Part shown: one piece after another, positions 40,395-58,102 of the stretch | How positions within the stretch are numbered: position 1 is the first letter of the stretch | How the letters are laid out: each line of letters opens with the position of its first letter | From: Octopus bimaculoides | Lineage: Eukaryota | Assembly: GCF_001194135.2 (NCBI RefSeq) | Contig: NC_068997.1 | Location: 34,647,673-34,711,672 of the forward strand | Direction of reading: 5' to 3' | DNA: 64,000 bases | Program-made: the position numbers and the translations under genes | Notes under the pieces: generated by a model | The model's input: only the letters and a program-made list of their open reading frames with translations | The model's database searches: none | What the model was told of the DNA's origin: nothing

Positions 40395-41535
40395 TAAGAC
40401 ATCACCCTCAGCACTGACACCCCAGTCTCACTCCACTTTCGCTCTACCGGTGTCATTCGTTACATCTATTTCTGTTCGAACTATCTCTGCACAGGGTCCT
40501 CCCCGACCCACCTTCACCGTGAACAGGAATTAATCTTCTCTCTTCGTTCCTTTGCGCCATATGGGTTCAACTCACTACCTCTCTTCGTCTGACACCAACC
40601 CCACATGGATTCCCACACACCTGCATATCGCCTACCTGGGTACCCTCCCCATTCACACCGCACTATACAAACACCGATACACGCTGTTCAACTAATTACT
40701 CACTTCACACGCACTTATACACACACACACAAACACTCCACACACTAGCACCAAATACATCTCAGCACCAACACCACACAACATTACCCACACATCAACA
40801 CACCACTATCTGCACACAATCTTCAATAGCGTCAACACACACAACCCTATTCGAGTAGCCCCAACACACTGTTTAATTCAATACACACACCACACACCAT
40901 CATGCACACTCCCACACCCACACAAGCACATAATGCCTGAACACATACAATTTATACACAAATACGCAACACACATAAACACACGCAACACGCATAGACA
41001 CATATAACTTTCGACCACAAACACACTATACACATGCACACTATTTGGTCACAGACACACACATACACACCACATATACATACACACCACCTGAACAAGC
41101 ACACATCAACTGCTACACACAACACACATACGTTAGCCTCACATATATGCACACACCCATACACATACACACATACACACATCAATACGCACACACACTC
41201 ACCCACACTCACACACCATTCTCACACACATATGCGCGCTTGCGCATCTTAGTTCTTTGGGGGTCACCGTTATCGTTATTATTGTTATTATAATCCCCCT
41301 TTCATTCAGACTCTTTTTTCCGATCATCTTGTCATGTTGGACTGTTGAACACATTTTTTCTCTCTCCGTTTTTTTTTTCATTCTCTCTCTTTTTTTCCTC
41401 TTAATCTTTTCTGTCGAAGAGCGTAGGCTCGAAACGTACAAAGAGACTTTTCCAGTCTTCCAGAGTGTTAAACTAATACACCTGCCCGTTGTTCCTACAC
41501 CTGTCTTCGTTTTTCGTTTTCTGTAAATTTGAACT

Positions 41536-41537
<2 letters not shown>
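40395..41537 (+). mobile_element. Penelope-like 3' end: endonuclease C-terminus, CA-rich UTR, hammerhead-like motif
   Basis: TPVSLHFRSTG...REQELIFSLRSFAPYGFNS then a stop near 40590; GAGC-GTAG-GCTC-GAAACGTA at 41419-41438. Confidence 0.7.
41405..41446 (+). ncRNA. Hammerhead-like motif with a deviant core
   Basis: TCTTTT-CTGTCGA-A-GAGC-GTAG-GCTC-GAAACGTA|CAAAGA; the conserved A6 reads T. Confidence 0.45.
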
Positions 41538-41566
<29 letters not shown>

Positions 41567-41682
41567 NNNNNNNNNNNNNNNNNNNNNNNNNNNNNNNNNN
41601 NNNNNNNNNNNNNNNNNNNNNNNNNNNNNNNNNNNNNNNNNNNNNNNNNNNNNNNNNNNNNNNNNNATATATATATATGCAC

Positions 41683-41900
41683 ATGGGTTAGTGGTTAGGG
41701 TGTTGCTCTCACGATTTCAAGATCATGGTTTCGATTATCAGGCCGAGTGTTGCAGTGTGTTCAAGTTCAAAGCACTTCATTTCACGTTGCTTTGCGAGCA
41801 TTTCGTCATCTGACATGTGACACACGGAGCATCTATACCGGTAATGTCGATTTAGTGGAGGGAGTAAGCTAATTTGATCACTATAAACAAATCATCAGCG
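41683..41900 (+). mobile_element. tRNA-derived SINE family D
   Basis: TAGTGGTTAGGGTGTTG...GGTTTCGATT; homologous to 5885-6035. Confidence 0.65.
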
Positions 41901-41934
41901 TTATTTCGAATTTTTGCTACAAGCGCAGCTTGGG

Positions 41935-42086
41935 AATTAATCAATTACATCGGCCCCCGTGTTCAACCGGTACTTATTTTATCGACCCCGAAAGGATGAA
42001 AAACAAAGTCGACCGCGGCGGAATTTGTACTCAGAACGTAGCTATGAGTGAATTACCGGTAAGCATTTCATCCAGCTCTCCGCTTT
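41935..42086 (-). mobile_element. SINE family B
   Basis: ATCGACCCCGAAAGGATGAA..CAAAGTCGACC.CGGCGGAATTTG shared with other B copies. Confidence 0.75.
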
Positions 42087-42635
42087 AATAATAATAATAA
42101 TAATATATATANNNNNNNNNNNNNNNNNNNNNNNNNNNNNNNNNNNNNNNNNNNNNNNNNNNNNNNNNNNNNNNNNNNNNNNNNNNNNNNNNNNNNNNNN
42201 NNNNNNNNNNNNNNNNNNNNNNNNNNNNNNNNNNNNNNNNNNNNNNNNNNNNNNNNNNNNNNNNNNNNNNNNNNNNNNNNNNNNNNNNNNNNNNNNNNNN
42301 NNNNNNNNNNNNNNNNNNNNNNNNNNNNNNNNNNNNNNNNNNNNNNNNNNNNNNNNNNNNNNNNNNNNNNNNNNNNNNNNNNNNNNNNNNNNNNNNNNNN
42401 NNNNNNNNNNNNNNNNNNNNNNNNNNNNNNNNNNNNNNNNNNNNNNNNNNNNNNNNNNNNNNNNNNNNNNNNNNNNNNNNNNNNNNNNNNNNNNNNNNNN
42501 NNNNNNNNNNNNNNNNNNNNNNNNNNNNNNNNNNNNNNNNNNNNNNNNNNNNNNNNNNNNNNNNNNNNNNNNNNNNNNNNNNNNNNNNNNNNNNNNNNNN
42601 NNNNNNNNNNNNNNNNNNNNNNNNNNNNNNNNNNN

Positions 42636-42741
42636 CATGTGCCTGGTGTACCCTTATCAGACGGGTAGTCATGATGGGTATAATGGGCTTCGTATATTTT
42701 ACCCCAGTGTCAATTTGATGGCATGCACTACTCTCTCACTC
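42636..42741 (+). mobile_element. Retroposon family E right end (rest in the gap)
   Basis: GTGCCTGGTGTACCCTTATCAG...CTCTCTCACTC followed by (AAT)n. Confidence 0.75.
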
Positions 42742-47800
<5,059 letters not shown>

Positions 47801-48316
47801 ACAAGTCGACATCGGCCACATTTTATTTTATCTTATTTGTTATAAGTGTCATAGCAGTGTGTGTGTGTGTTACAAACAGTATGGAAGTGCGAAACAGAAA
47901 TAATGTTGATGCGAATTACTAGCTCTCTTTTAAGATGGGTGGCTCTCCGTTGTCCAATCAACTGGATTTCCTGCTCGTTGAATCAGTGGGCTGAGCATTT
48001 CACTGACACGACGTAATAATCAGGTAGAATCAATGCAACACTGTGTGACAAGATTGTGTTCTTAACTTACAAATAGGATCCAGCTAACGAGTTTCCATAT
48101 AGTTTCTGTCCACCCAAGTAAATTTACGAGGCATAGGTCGACACGAAGCTATAACAATTGGCAATACTACAGGTATATATTATTTTGCTTATAAACTGTT
48201 ATAGAATGATTGTTAGTTTTTCATCTAGTTCAAGCGTGGTAAAAGGTGTGTTTAAGATGATATGAATGGTGGGTAAGTGTGTAGTGGTAACGCTGTTTGA
48301 GTATAAAATTGAACAT

Positions 48317-48509
48317 GCGCAGGAGTAGCTGTGTGGTAAGAAGCTTGCTTTCCAACCGCATGATTCCGGATTCAGTCCAATCGTGTGACATCTTGGGTAA
48401 GGGTCTTTTACTATAGCCTCTGGCCGACCAAGATTTTGTGAGGGGATTTGGTAGACGGTAATTGAAAGAAGCCCGTCGTATAAATATATATATATGTGTG
48501 TGTGTGTGT

Positions 48510-48552
<43 letters not shown>

Positions 48553-48812
48553 CGTGCGCGTACACGTTTGTGACTGTCTGTTTGTCCTTCTATTTGTCTT
48601 TGTGCCTGGGTTTGTCCCCACCACCACTACTTGATAACCGGTATTGGTGTATTTACGTTCCCGTAACTTTATTGTTCAGCAAAAAGAGACGGATAGAATA
48701 AGTACCAGGCTTTAGAAATAAGTACTGAGTCCGATAATTCGATTTAAAGTTCTTCAATGCGATGCTCCAGCATGGCTACAATCTAATGACTAAAACAATT
48801 GAAAGATAAAAG
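48317..48812 (+). mobile_element. SINE family A
   Basis: Homologous to 7575-7946; internal (TG)n. Confidence 0.8.
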
Positions 48813-48924
48813 ATGCCAAAGGTGTTTTAAAACTGATTGTGATAGGATATGAGCTGTTGACGTGGAAAATGATTAGACTAATAACTCTTTCTAATTTAGG
48901 CAGAGTCATAGAGGAAAAGATATT

Positions 48925-49087
48925 CGATAGCATTGTCCTCGGTACTTGATCTGTAATTTATTTATCGAACCCCAAAGGATGAAAGGCGAAGTAAACCTCG
49001 GCCGGATTTGAAATCAGAACGTAGAGTCGGAATAAATAGTGCAAAGCATTTTTGCTGACATTCTCACGATTCTGCCAGCGCCGCCTT
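48925..49087 (-). mobile_element. SINE family B
   Basis: Minus-strand head AAGGCGGCGCTGGCAGAATCGT; family B core. Confidence 0.7.
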
Positions 49088-50281
49088 GATAATGAATTGT
49101 TATTAATATCGTATCGCTGTCACATTACTATGATTTAGTTCTGACGGTGCTTCGCTTTAGAACGTTGAGATTGTAAGCGAAGTTGCTGTGGTTACTCAGT
49201 AATTTTGAGTTATAAATATAACCGCATATAAATAGTTGTATTTTGATATACATCTTCCGTCGAGCACACACACACACCAACACGCCCACACACACACCCA
49301 CCCACACACGTGTGTGTGGGTGTGTGTGTTTGCATTTGTGTGTTCGTGTAGCGTGTATGTTTGTTTGCTTGAGTGTATGCCTGTACATAAATATACCATA
49401 TACATACAAACAACTTTCATTATAATTGCAAAAGAAAATGACTTCCTCCCATGTCGCTGTTCCACTTCCGGTGATGCAATTCACCCACAAGAAAACTATC
49501 ATTTGTTCAGTTTCAGATGTTTTTTCACTATTAAGTTATCAGACATAGTTGTGTCCGAGGGGAGAAAAAGTATATAATACTTCCGACAGCTGGACGCTAT
49601 TTTGGTCAGTCAGCTTACCACCCACTGTGTCACTGATTAAACAACTGAACCATTTCTTATAAACATTTATACATCTACACATGTACTGTAATTAATTCTT
49701 CCTCAGGTACATATGCACAAAGAATAACAGCCCGAGACAGAACTTTCTCAAAGGATTCACCCAATAAAAAAGGATTCTCTTTAACCGCGAATAGAAACCA
49801 CCTACCAAGTCTCAAATCAATTTGAATGTACTTCTGGTTCGTTTGTACTGCCCATATTTATTACAGAAGTAAAAACAACTCTATCAACATGGAGCGATGC
49901 ATGCCACTTAACTTAACTAGAAATAACAGCCGAATTTTCTTCACATCATACACTACTTACAGTCTTGGAAGAAGGATACATTGGTTAAAATAGCCCGAAA
50001 TATACTACAGCTGATAAGAATATGTGGTGGACACATATATGCTGGTTTCTGATTTAATCACAAAGCCAACAATCTTGAGGAGGGGGTATTAGTCGATACG
50101 ACTAAACCCAGTACTACACTTGTACTTATTTTATCAACCCCGCAGGATTTGAACTCAGAACACAAAAGCCGGGAGAAAGTATAAAGAACCAGTAGAAATA
50201 CCACAAGGCACTCTCCTTCCCATCATCATCAGCTGTTAGCATTTCTGCCTAATTATGATGATGTTGATAATTCTTTCTAAT

Positions 50282-50452
50282 TTTTGCGAGAGGGTGTAAG
50301 TCAGTTACATCAACCGCTGTTCATGACTGGTACTTATTTTACGAAAGGTAAAAGGCAAAGTCGACCTCTGCGGTATTTGAACTCAGAACATAAAGACAGA
50401 TGAAATACCGCTAAGCATTTTTCTTGACATGCTAAAACTTCTACTAGCTTAC
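50282..50452 (-). mobile_element. SINE family B
   Basis: AAAGGCAAAGTCGACCTC...TTTGAACTCAGAAC...GAAATACCGCTAAGCATT. Confidence 0.7.
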
Positions 50453-50627
50453 CTTTCATTAATTAATTGATTAATAATAAAAGTAATGATTATTTGTAAA
50501 TACTTTCAAGTAAAGATGTCTAATTTCGTTTCTTATTGATAACAAATCAGCTCGTTTTAGATAGACCAATCAGCAAAAACATTTTGGACGTAACCATCTT
50601 GTATTTGTTTCCTTAATTTGTTAGGTA

Positions 50628-52934
50628 GGGGAAGCTTGGGAGAGTTGGGTCATTTTCTACATTTCAATATGATACAAAGTCTCTGTACATAAGAAAGAAT
50701 TCTTTACCAACTTGTAACATTCATAGACTTGCAACGTATACATGCCCGGGATGTAGTTTCAAATGGGTGTAAACTGAAACAAGAACATGCTTTTTAAAGG
50801 GTAGTGATTAGACGCAACCCTCCCTGGGATGGTGTGAGTTGGGACATGGAGAGGGGAGAGTTGGGATATGTATAGGGGAGAGTTGGGACAAAAGGTGACT
50901 TGAGATAAGTAATATTTTGAAGCGTTGAGATCTCCACTTCGTTCAACATTCGAATTAGCAGTTTTGGTGAAAGTTGATGGTTCCTGTGAAATTTTGGGTG
51001 ACTCTGTCATTGGCTAAGAAACTGGTGTTTCTTTGAAATTTGATTGGAGAACATCTGCTTTGTTTTCACAAAATGATGCTGGAAGATCTCGATCTGTTAC
51101 TACTGCAGGTGCAAACTCTGTCTCACAGAACACATCTTGATTAAAGGTATACATTCTCGTTCGTTGAAACTCAGAGATAATGTTTTGGGCAGTAAGACAA
51201 TGTATCTGAGCATGTGAAACAAACTCAGGAGTGTCACATACTGTAATCGACTTTCCGGGGTGGGAACGCATCCAGTTATCAACCACTCGACTATATGCCG
51301 TCTTGAATGACTTATAGCAGCTCACATCCAACGGTTTGAACTTGTGACTTGTGTGAGGTAGGATTGTAAAAAATATCACCCCATTTTTTTTGGCCAAGTC
51401 AATAGCTGCTAGAAACACATGAGTTTCATGATTGTCCAAAATTAACAACACTTTCTTCTCTTTGCTGCACCTGGTGTAGGTTATAAAGTGTTTTAAATAA
51501 GTTATAAACATATCTTCTTAATCCATTCACTGGAATTGGCTTCTCCGATACATCCTGCAGGGCCATCTTTGATAAAATAATCCCAATAGTTTTTTCATGG
51601 GAAGATCGGCAGTTGTGGAACAACACTTCCTGCTGTATTAACTGCATACACTACTGTTACAAGTTGTCCTCTCTCGCCGGAAATTATAGATCTTGCTTGT
51701 TTCACTCTCTGTACAGCAATGACATTTTCAGATTGCTGCACAGTTGTGCACCCGGTTTCATCTGCGTTATAAATGTCGTGGCATTCAAGCTTGTATAGGT
51801 CCATAACACTCTTTAAGTTGTAAAACTTGCCAACGTTATAGCGATTGAACGCAGTTGCTCTAGCAAGAGATGTAGCCTCTGATGTTCGAACTGTTAGATG
51901 GTTTTTCTTTCTTTAAAGGATATCCAAAAATGCTCACCAGTCTTTCTGTTTTGTTACAAAGTATCAGGGACCGTAACATTGTTTCTTAATGCATACTACA
52001 CTATCAACTTATGGCATTTATTTCGTGTGAGTCCGTGGAACTGCTTAGCTAATGTCTTTATGTGAGTTGATAACTCAGCTTCCATCTCTATGAAAATGTC
52101 ATATTTTTCATCTTGCAGTTTTTGTACCCAAGCACTTCGTTTTGTTCGTCATTTTGTTGATTGCATTTGTCTATATATATTTTTAGTGTTATTCTTGCTA
52201 TATTGAAATCTTTAGCAGCAGAATGGATACTGCATCCTTCCCTGGTGTGATCTCTGGCCCTACTTAAATCGTCTTCTGCAGCCCCACGATTAGTCGTTCG
52301 GATATATTTCCGAGGCATCTGAAAAAATCAATACATATGCAAATTTTAGCCAGTATAAAGGCAGGTAGATCAAAATTTAATCCTTCATGTTGAATTGAAA
52401 GCCCTATATAGTTTTGCTTCAAGGCACTTAAACTCGAAAGCAAACACAACTCATTAACAGCTACCGGAGTTTTTTTTTATCATAGGAAGTAATAAAATTA
52501 ACAGGTTGTTTTTTCACCACACATTAATAAAGGGAGAGTTGGGACACTGCTCAACTTTCCCATACATAGATGTCCCAACTCTCCCCATTTCTTTCCATCT
52601 TAACTTCATACATCATTGTAACTATAACTATTACACGTTTTTTTTTTAACACTCACAGTGATAGAGAAACGATACAGGTATATGACAAAATGCATTCAAT
52701 CAGAATGCTACATACTATTACAGAAATATGAACATGCTTACCTTCAACCCCAATTTTCACTTTTCGGCGTAAAAATTGATTTTTTCAAAAAATGACTGTA
52801 TAAACTGCCTACACCTATTAAATTTCTGGAAGTGCTTCCAATAGGTGGCAGTAATTACTTTTTATAATTTATAGATTTAGGGGAAATTGTTGTGTCTCAA
52901 CTCTCCCTGTGGCTCAACTCTCCCAAGCTTCCCC
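50628..52934 (-). mobile_element. pogo/Fot-like (DD35D) DNA transposon, both ends intact
   Basis: Perfect 20-bp TIR GGGGAAGCTTGGGAGAGTTG / CAACTCTCCCAAGCTTCCCC with TA TSD at 50626-27 and 52935-36. Confidence 0.95.
50759..52318 (-). pseudogene. pogo-family transposase pseudogene (N-terminal HTH, DDE_1)
   Basis: MPRKY...SIHSAAKDFNI (HTH), YNADETG, LLILDNHETH...KPLDV (35 residues between the last two D); frameshifts and stops. Confidence 0.9.
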
Positions 52935-53065
52935 TATAATATGCCTATTCTATATTATTCAGTACGCTCTTTTTTAAGATGGGAAATTGGGATTTGTGGA
53001 AGATATGGCTGCTATTTCTGGAAAATCCAACGGTTACGTATGTAAATACTCGCTGATATTGTTTT

Positions 53066-53414
53066 ATTCTCTTTTACTTGTTTCAGTCTTTTGACTGTGG
53101 CCATGCTGGAGCACCGCCTTTAGTCGAGCAAATCGACCCCAGGACTTATTCTTTCGAAGCCTAGTACTTATTCTATCGATCTCTTTTGCCGAACCGCAAA
53201 GTTACGGGGACATAAACACACCAGCATCGGTTGTCAAGCGATGATAGGGGGGACAAACACACATACAAACATATACACACACATACATATATATATATAT
53301 ACATATATACGACGGGCTTCTTTCAGTTTCCGTCTACCAAATCCACTCACGCAGTGGGACTGAACCCGGGACCATGTGGTTGGTAAGCTAGCTACTTACC
53401 ACACAGCCACTCCT
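53066..53414 (-). mobile_element. SINE family A
   Basis: Reverse complement of the 7575-7946 type; internally shortened. Confidence 0.85.
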
Positions 53415-53448
53415 ATTATTATAATTATTAATAATTATTATACCTTTT

Positions 53449-53665
53449 GGGCGACGAGCTGGCACAACCGTTAGCACGCCGGGCATTCTGCTTAGCGGCA
53501 TTTCGTCCGTCTCTAGGTTCTGAGTTCAAATTCCGCCGAGGTTAACTTTGCCTGTCATTTTTTTCCGGATCGATAAGATAAGTATCACTTGAACGCTGTA
53601 GTCGTTGTAATCGACTTAGCCCCTCCCACAGAATTGCTGGTGTTATGCCAAAATTTGAAACCAAT
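53449..53665 (+). mobile_element. SINE family B
   Basis: GGCGACGAGCTGGCACAACCGTTAGCACGCCGGG...TTCTGAGTTCAAATTCCGCCGAGG. Confidence 0.8.
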
Positions 53666-53896
53666 ACAGTAATCTCGAAGGTATCACGTTCCGATAGATG
53701 AAAATCCGCGAAGTAGAAACAGTACTGTGTATATATATATATATATTTTATTTTAATAATTTGTATATATTTATTTTATTATAAATGCAAAACAACACCA
53801 CGGAAGAATCGACGTAAGCTTAAATAATAAATGGCAATAGGTGAACCGCGATATGGGCAGGCATTACTGTATCTATTATGGCCTTGAAGATTGCTA

Positions 53897-54000
53897 ACTG
53901 GCAGACTCGTTAGCACGCCGAGCTAAATGCTTAGCGGAATTTCTGAGTTGAAATTCTGCCGAGGTCGATTTTGCTGTTTGGTGTCGATAAGATAAGTATC
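53897..54000 (+). mobile_element. SINE family B fragment
   Basis: CTGGCAGACTCGTTAGCACGCCG...CTGCCGAGGTCGATTTTGC. Confidence 0.7.
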
Positions 54001-55474
54001 AATATCTATTATGGCATTAGACAGAACAAGAAATTATTAGTAGAATGAATTACTATGGGATTCTTGGGATTCTTCAAAGAGGAAGACTAAATACCTGCAG
54101 CTTTTAATCACAGTCCATTTTAAGTTCGGTGGGTGTTTAATTACTCAGGTTAATGTGGTCTTTTTTTTATTTCCGAGGTCGATAAAATAAAATACTAGAC
54201 AAATACATGAATAGATTTGATATTCTTATAAAGCAAACTATGTGAAGGGACTATAATGGACATTAATATCAAGTGAAGACATGGTTGTTAAACTTAGCTC
54301 AACCTTTATCCAGCACGCAAGTGAGTATTGTCAAAGTTTCCTTCCGTTTTTAAAATAGAAAGATGTGTTCTCATGGAGGTTGACTGCTATTTCTAATTAC
54401 TTCCAAATGCAGTACACATTCCTTATTTCTGATGGCTATAAAATCAAAATGCAACAGGACTAGGGGCGAGGTTGACATTTTAAAAACTTTTATTGCATAA
54501 CACATTCAGAAGAAACCCTTCATTTAATTCTAGATAGGTTTTTAGACTGAACCTAAATGAATAATCCAGTAATCTCTTTATCCTTTCGAGAAAGATTAAA
54601 ATTACTTATATTGATAGATTTTTACTCTTCATACTTCACTGATCTACAGATGTCATTAGATGTAATTCTAGACTCTGTTCCGCTAAATTCCGGAAGACGT
54701 ATAATAATAGGGGTACTATTTTTAGCTCACGCAGTCCTGCCACAGATATAAATACAATTTTGATCATTTCATTTGGAATTATACACTAGTTTTGAGTTTA
54801 TGAGAACCAAAGCAAAGCTCATTAATCACATTAGAAATATTATAGTAATCAGCAACGACAAGGGGTATCATAAGGAGTTAAGACGTCTAAAGTTGCAGGC
54901 AAAGTTGCTTTGACTTACTAATGTTGTCATGTAATGATCGGCAGCAGTGAAAAAGCAGTTAGGAAGTAAATAGAGAAAGTAAACACACGGACAACACATG
55001 CATTTTACAAAGTAATGACGTATAATTATAATAAAATTTCATATATTCGTCCCAAAAAAGCAAACTAAACGCCTAAACATTTGTCTACCATAGCGATGAA
55101 GCAATTACATTTTACATGCCGGAGATAAGATACAGAAGTCAGGAAATGTTGATGGGTTTTGGACCCTTATTGTTCCAAACCAACTGTAAGGGACTAACAT
55201 ATGAAAATGGAAAAGAATCTTAAAATAGCCTGAGAACATATTCGTGTCCTAACGACAATACACAGGCGCACGCGCAGACACACACGCGCGCATTCACGCA
55301 CGCACACACACATACACGCACATATACGCGTGCACACACCACACAAACACACACGCACTTACGCACGCATGCACACACAAAAACACGAGCGTCAAATCGA
55401 TACCAAATCAATGTTTATTTTGGCTCTAAGATAACTGCCCCCGGAAAAATTTCGACTGAGATAATTGCGACTCT

Positions 55475-56377
55475 GGATCTTTCTGATTTTGCAGACACCA
55501 CTTGTTTTCTTAACGAAACACTTTCAAACTTGGGACACTGGTAGAATGTGTCATATAAAACATCTTTTACTCTTAGTGTTATTGAGAAAAGTTTATATTT
55601 TTAAAGATATCTCGCGTTAAAATTGTCATATTTCGGTAATTTCAACCAATCACCGACGTCTGTTGAGGTGAAAACAGTTACTGCTGTGGATTGTCAACAA
55701 AATGTTGTGGTGGTGTAATGGGATCTTTTCCCTTGAATGAAATTAGTGCCGTTGTTTGTCAACAAAAACTATCGGTGGTACTGTTATTTATGACATCGTC
55801 CGTGCGTTTGTACTGGTTTTAGCTTTAAGGTTTTAGGGTTAGGGTTCGGGTTTTAGAGTTAGGGTTAGGGTTTTAGGGTTAGGGTTAGGGTTAGGGTTAT
55901 TAGTATTTTTGCCAAATTTGGTGAAAAATTTGTGGCGGTGTATTGNNNNNNNNNNNNNNNNNNNNNNNNNNNNNNNNNNNNNNNNNNNNNNNNNNNNNNN
56001 NNNNNNNNNNGAACCCTAACCCTAAAGCTAAAACCAGTACAAACGCCCGAACGATGTCATAAATAACAGTAACGCCGATAGTTGTTGTTGACAAACAACG
56101 GCACTAATCTTATTCAAGGGAAAAGATCCCATTACATCGCCACAACGTGTTGTTGACAATCTACAGCAGTAATTGTTTTTACCTCAATAGACGTCAGTGA
56201 TTGGTTGAAATTATCGAAATACGACAACTTTTAACATGAAATAACTTCGAATATAAAAATTTTTCTCTGTTCTATAAGACAAAATTTACAAGTATACGAA
56301 GTTTTAAAGTGTTTCGGTAGAAAACACACTAAATAAAAACTAAATAAAAAATGGTGTCCGCCAAATCAGAAAGATCC
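55475..56377. mobile_element. Foldback/MITE-like element with ~370-bp inverted arms and central telomeric (TTAGGG)n
   Basis: Termini GGATCTTTCTGATTTTGCAGACACCA / TGGTGTCCGCCAAATCAGAAAGATCC (24/26 complementary); arms about 55475-55850 and 56011-56377. Confidence 0.8.
55833..55898 (+). repeat. Interstitial (TTAGGG)n tract
   Basis: Direct reading; CCCTAA counterpart at 56014-56025. Confidence 0.9.
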
Positions 56378-56627
56378 GCCACTCGGAACATTGCCCATGT
56401 AGGGAAATTGCAACTGGGAACACTGTCACTCGGAACATTGCCCATGTGTCAACATTGCCACTGAGAAAACTGCTTGGTGAGAGCATAGCAACAGGGAAAT
56501 ATTCAGTAAAATTTTACTTTCACACACGTCAACAATTATGAATGAAATACTTGTGTGGGTGAGTGTGTGTGCCTATAGATGTGGATGTATGTGCATGTAT
56601 ACATGTGTTAGTATGTATATATGTATG

Positions 56628-56666
<39 letters not shown>

Positions 56667-56819
56667 GGGGGGAGAGTAATCGGTTGTAGTAACCGACTAA
56701 GAGATAAAATATCTGTATATACTATCAGTATCCGTTACCTGTGTTAACCTCGGGCAATGACGTGCAGGGACATCATATACGTCGAGCGCAGGTAACAACA
56801 GAATAAACAAAAGTTTTTC

Positions 56820-58093
56820 AGGAACCAATGCAGATAATTGGAAAATGGAGAAAAACATAGATTAACCAGCGCATCGATAGGACTACATTTTAAAGCATAT
56901 TTATTGATACAATGCAAGGTAATACAAGTCTAACAGCTGTTTCTGATCAAAATACCTGAATGCAGTCTATACATAAATGCGACAATAACATTCTTCATCT
57001 TCATAGGACATTCGAATTAAGGCAACAGATCTTTATCAGAATGAAAAACAAGAGCTTACAATATAAACAAAAGGAAGAAGGAAAAGGAAAGAAAACATGG
57101 CTTAGACAAATAGTCTAGAAGTCAAATATGTTAAATGCACACTTATTTACCATCAGGGCTCAAAGAGCGTAGATGAGAGAGTGAGCTGTTAAAGAACTAG
57201 GGAATACTACAAATTATTAACGGGAGGGTACAGTTAGGAGTTGGGGCCAGGCTGTTAAAAAAAAAGAAGTTATCAAGAAGCTTTATGTAAAGAAAAGAAA
57301 ATATTAACATAAATATCAAAGGTCAAATCTATGTTAATGGAGGTAAACAAATTAACGTAGGTTACTAAAGTAAAAATTTACTCACAAGAAATTAATACCA
57401 AGAATCCTCCCTATGGGCCACAATGGGGTACGTCTCAGCCCAGCGGTCTCTACATTGGTCAGTAACAGCTTAAACAGGTCGCCTGTTAAAACTGTTACAA
57501 AGGATTTGCTTATAAATAAACAAGAAAAAGAAAGGAAGGAACAGGTAAGAGAGATAAACTAATGAGAAAAATTTAAGGGCCGCTTATGTCCTTTTGCATC
57601 TTAACGGTATAACATGCGAGAGAAAAACATAATGAGACCAACAGGTTATTTTTAAGGGAAGGTAACAGGTCCTGGTAGGCCATCAGTTCAATGAAAACAA
57701 GGAAAAAAAAGGAAAGAAAAGGAAAAATATATTGCTGAACCTCGTATATAGCGAATTTTAGTAAAACTTCAGCATATACCAGTATATATAATTAAGTATA
57801 TACCAGTATGTGTACTGAGACTTATCCCATTGTGGACCATAGGGGTGATTCTTGGTATTAATTTCCTGTGAGTAAATTTTTACTTTAGTAACCTACGGTA
57901 ATTTGTTTACCTTTACTTAAGTTTAGACTGCATATAGACTGCATATAGACTGCATTCAGGTATTTTGATCAGAAATAGCTGTTAGACTTGTATTACCTTG
58001 CATTGTATCAATAAATATGCTTTAAAATGTAGTCCTATCGATGCGCTGGTTAATTTGTTTTTCTCCATTTTCTAATTATCTACATTGGTTCCT
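56820..58093. repeat. Composite long inverted repeat (A 56820-56972 / A' 57944-58093; B 57341-57437 / B' 57815-57912)
   Basis: Arms aligned by eye as reverse complements with few mismatches. Confidence 0.85.
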
Positions 58094-58102
58094 AATACAT
58101 AT

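Noticed and set aside
55833-55898. True chromosome end or telomere fusion
   Set aside because: The tract is short, degenerate and embedded in non-telomeric inverted arms with matching termini, which is better explained as part of a mobile element.
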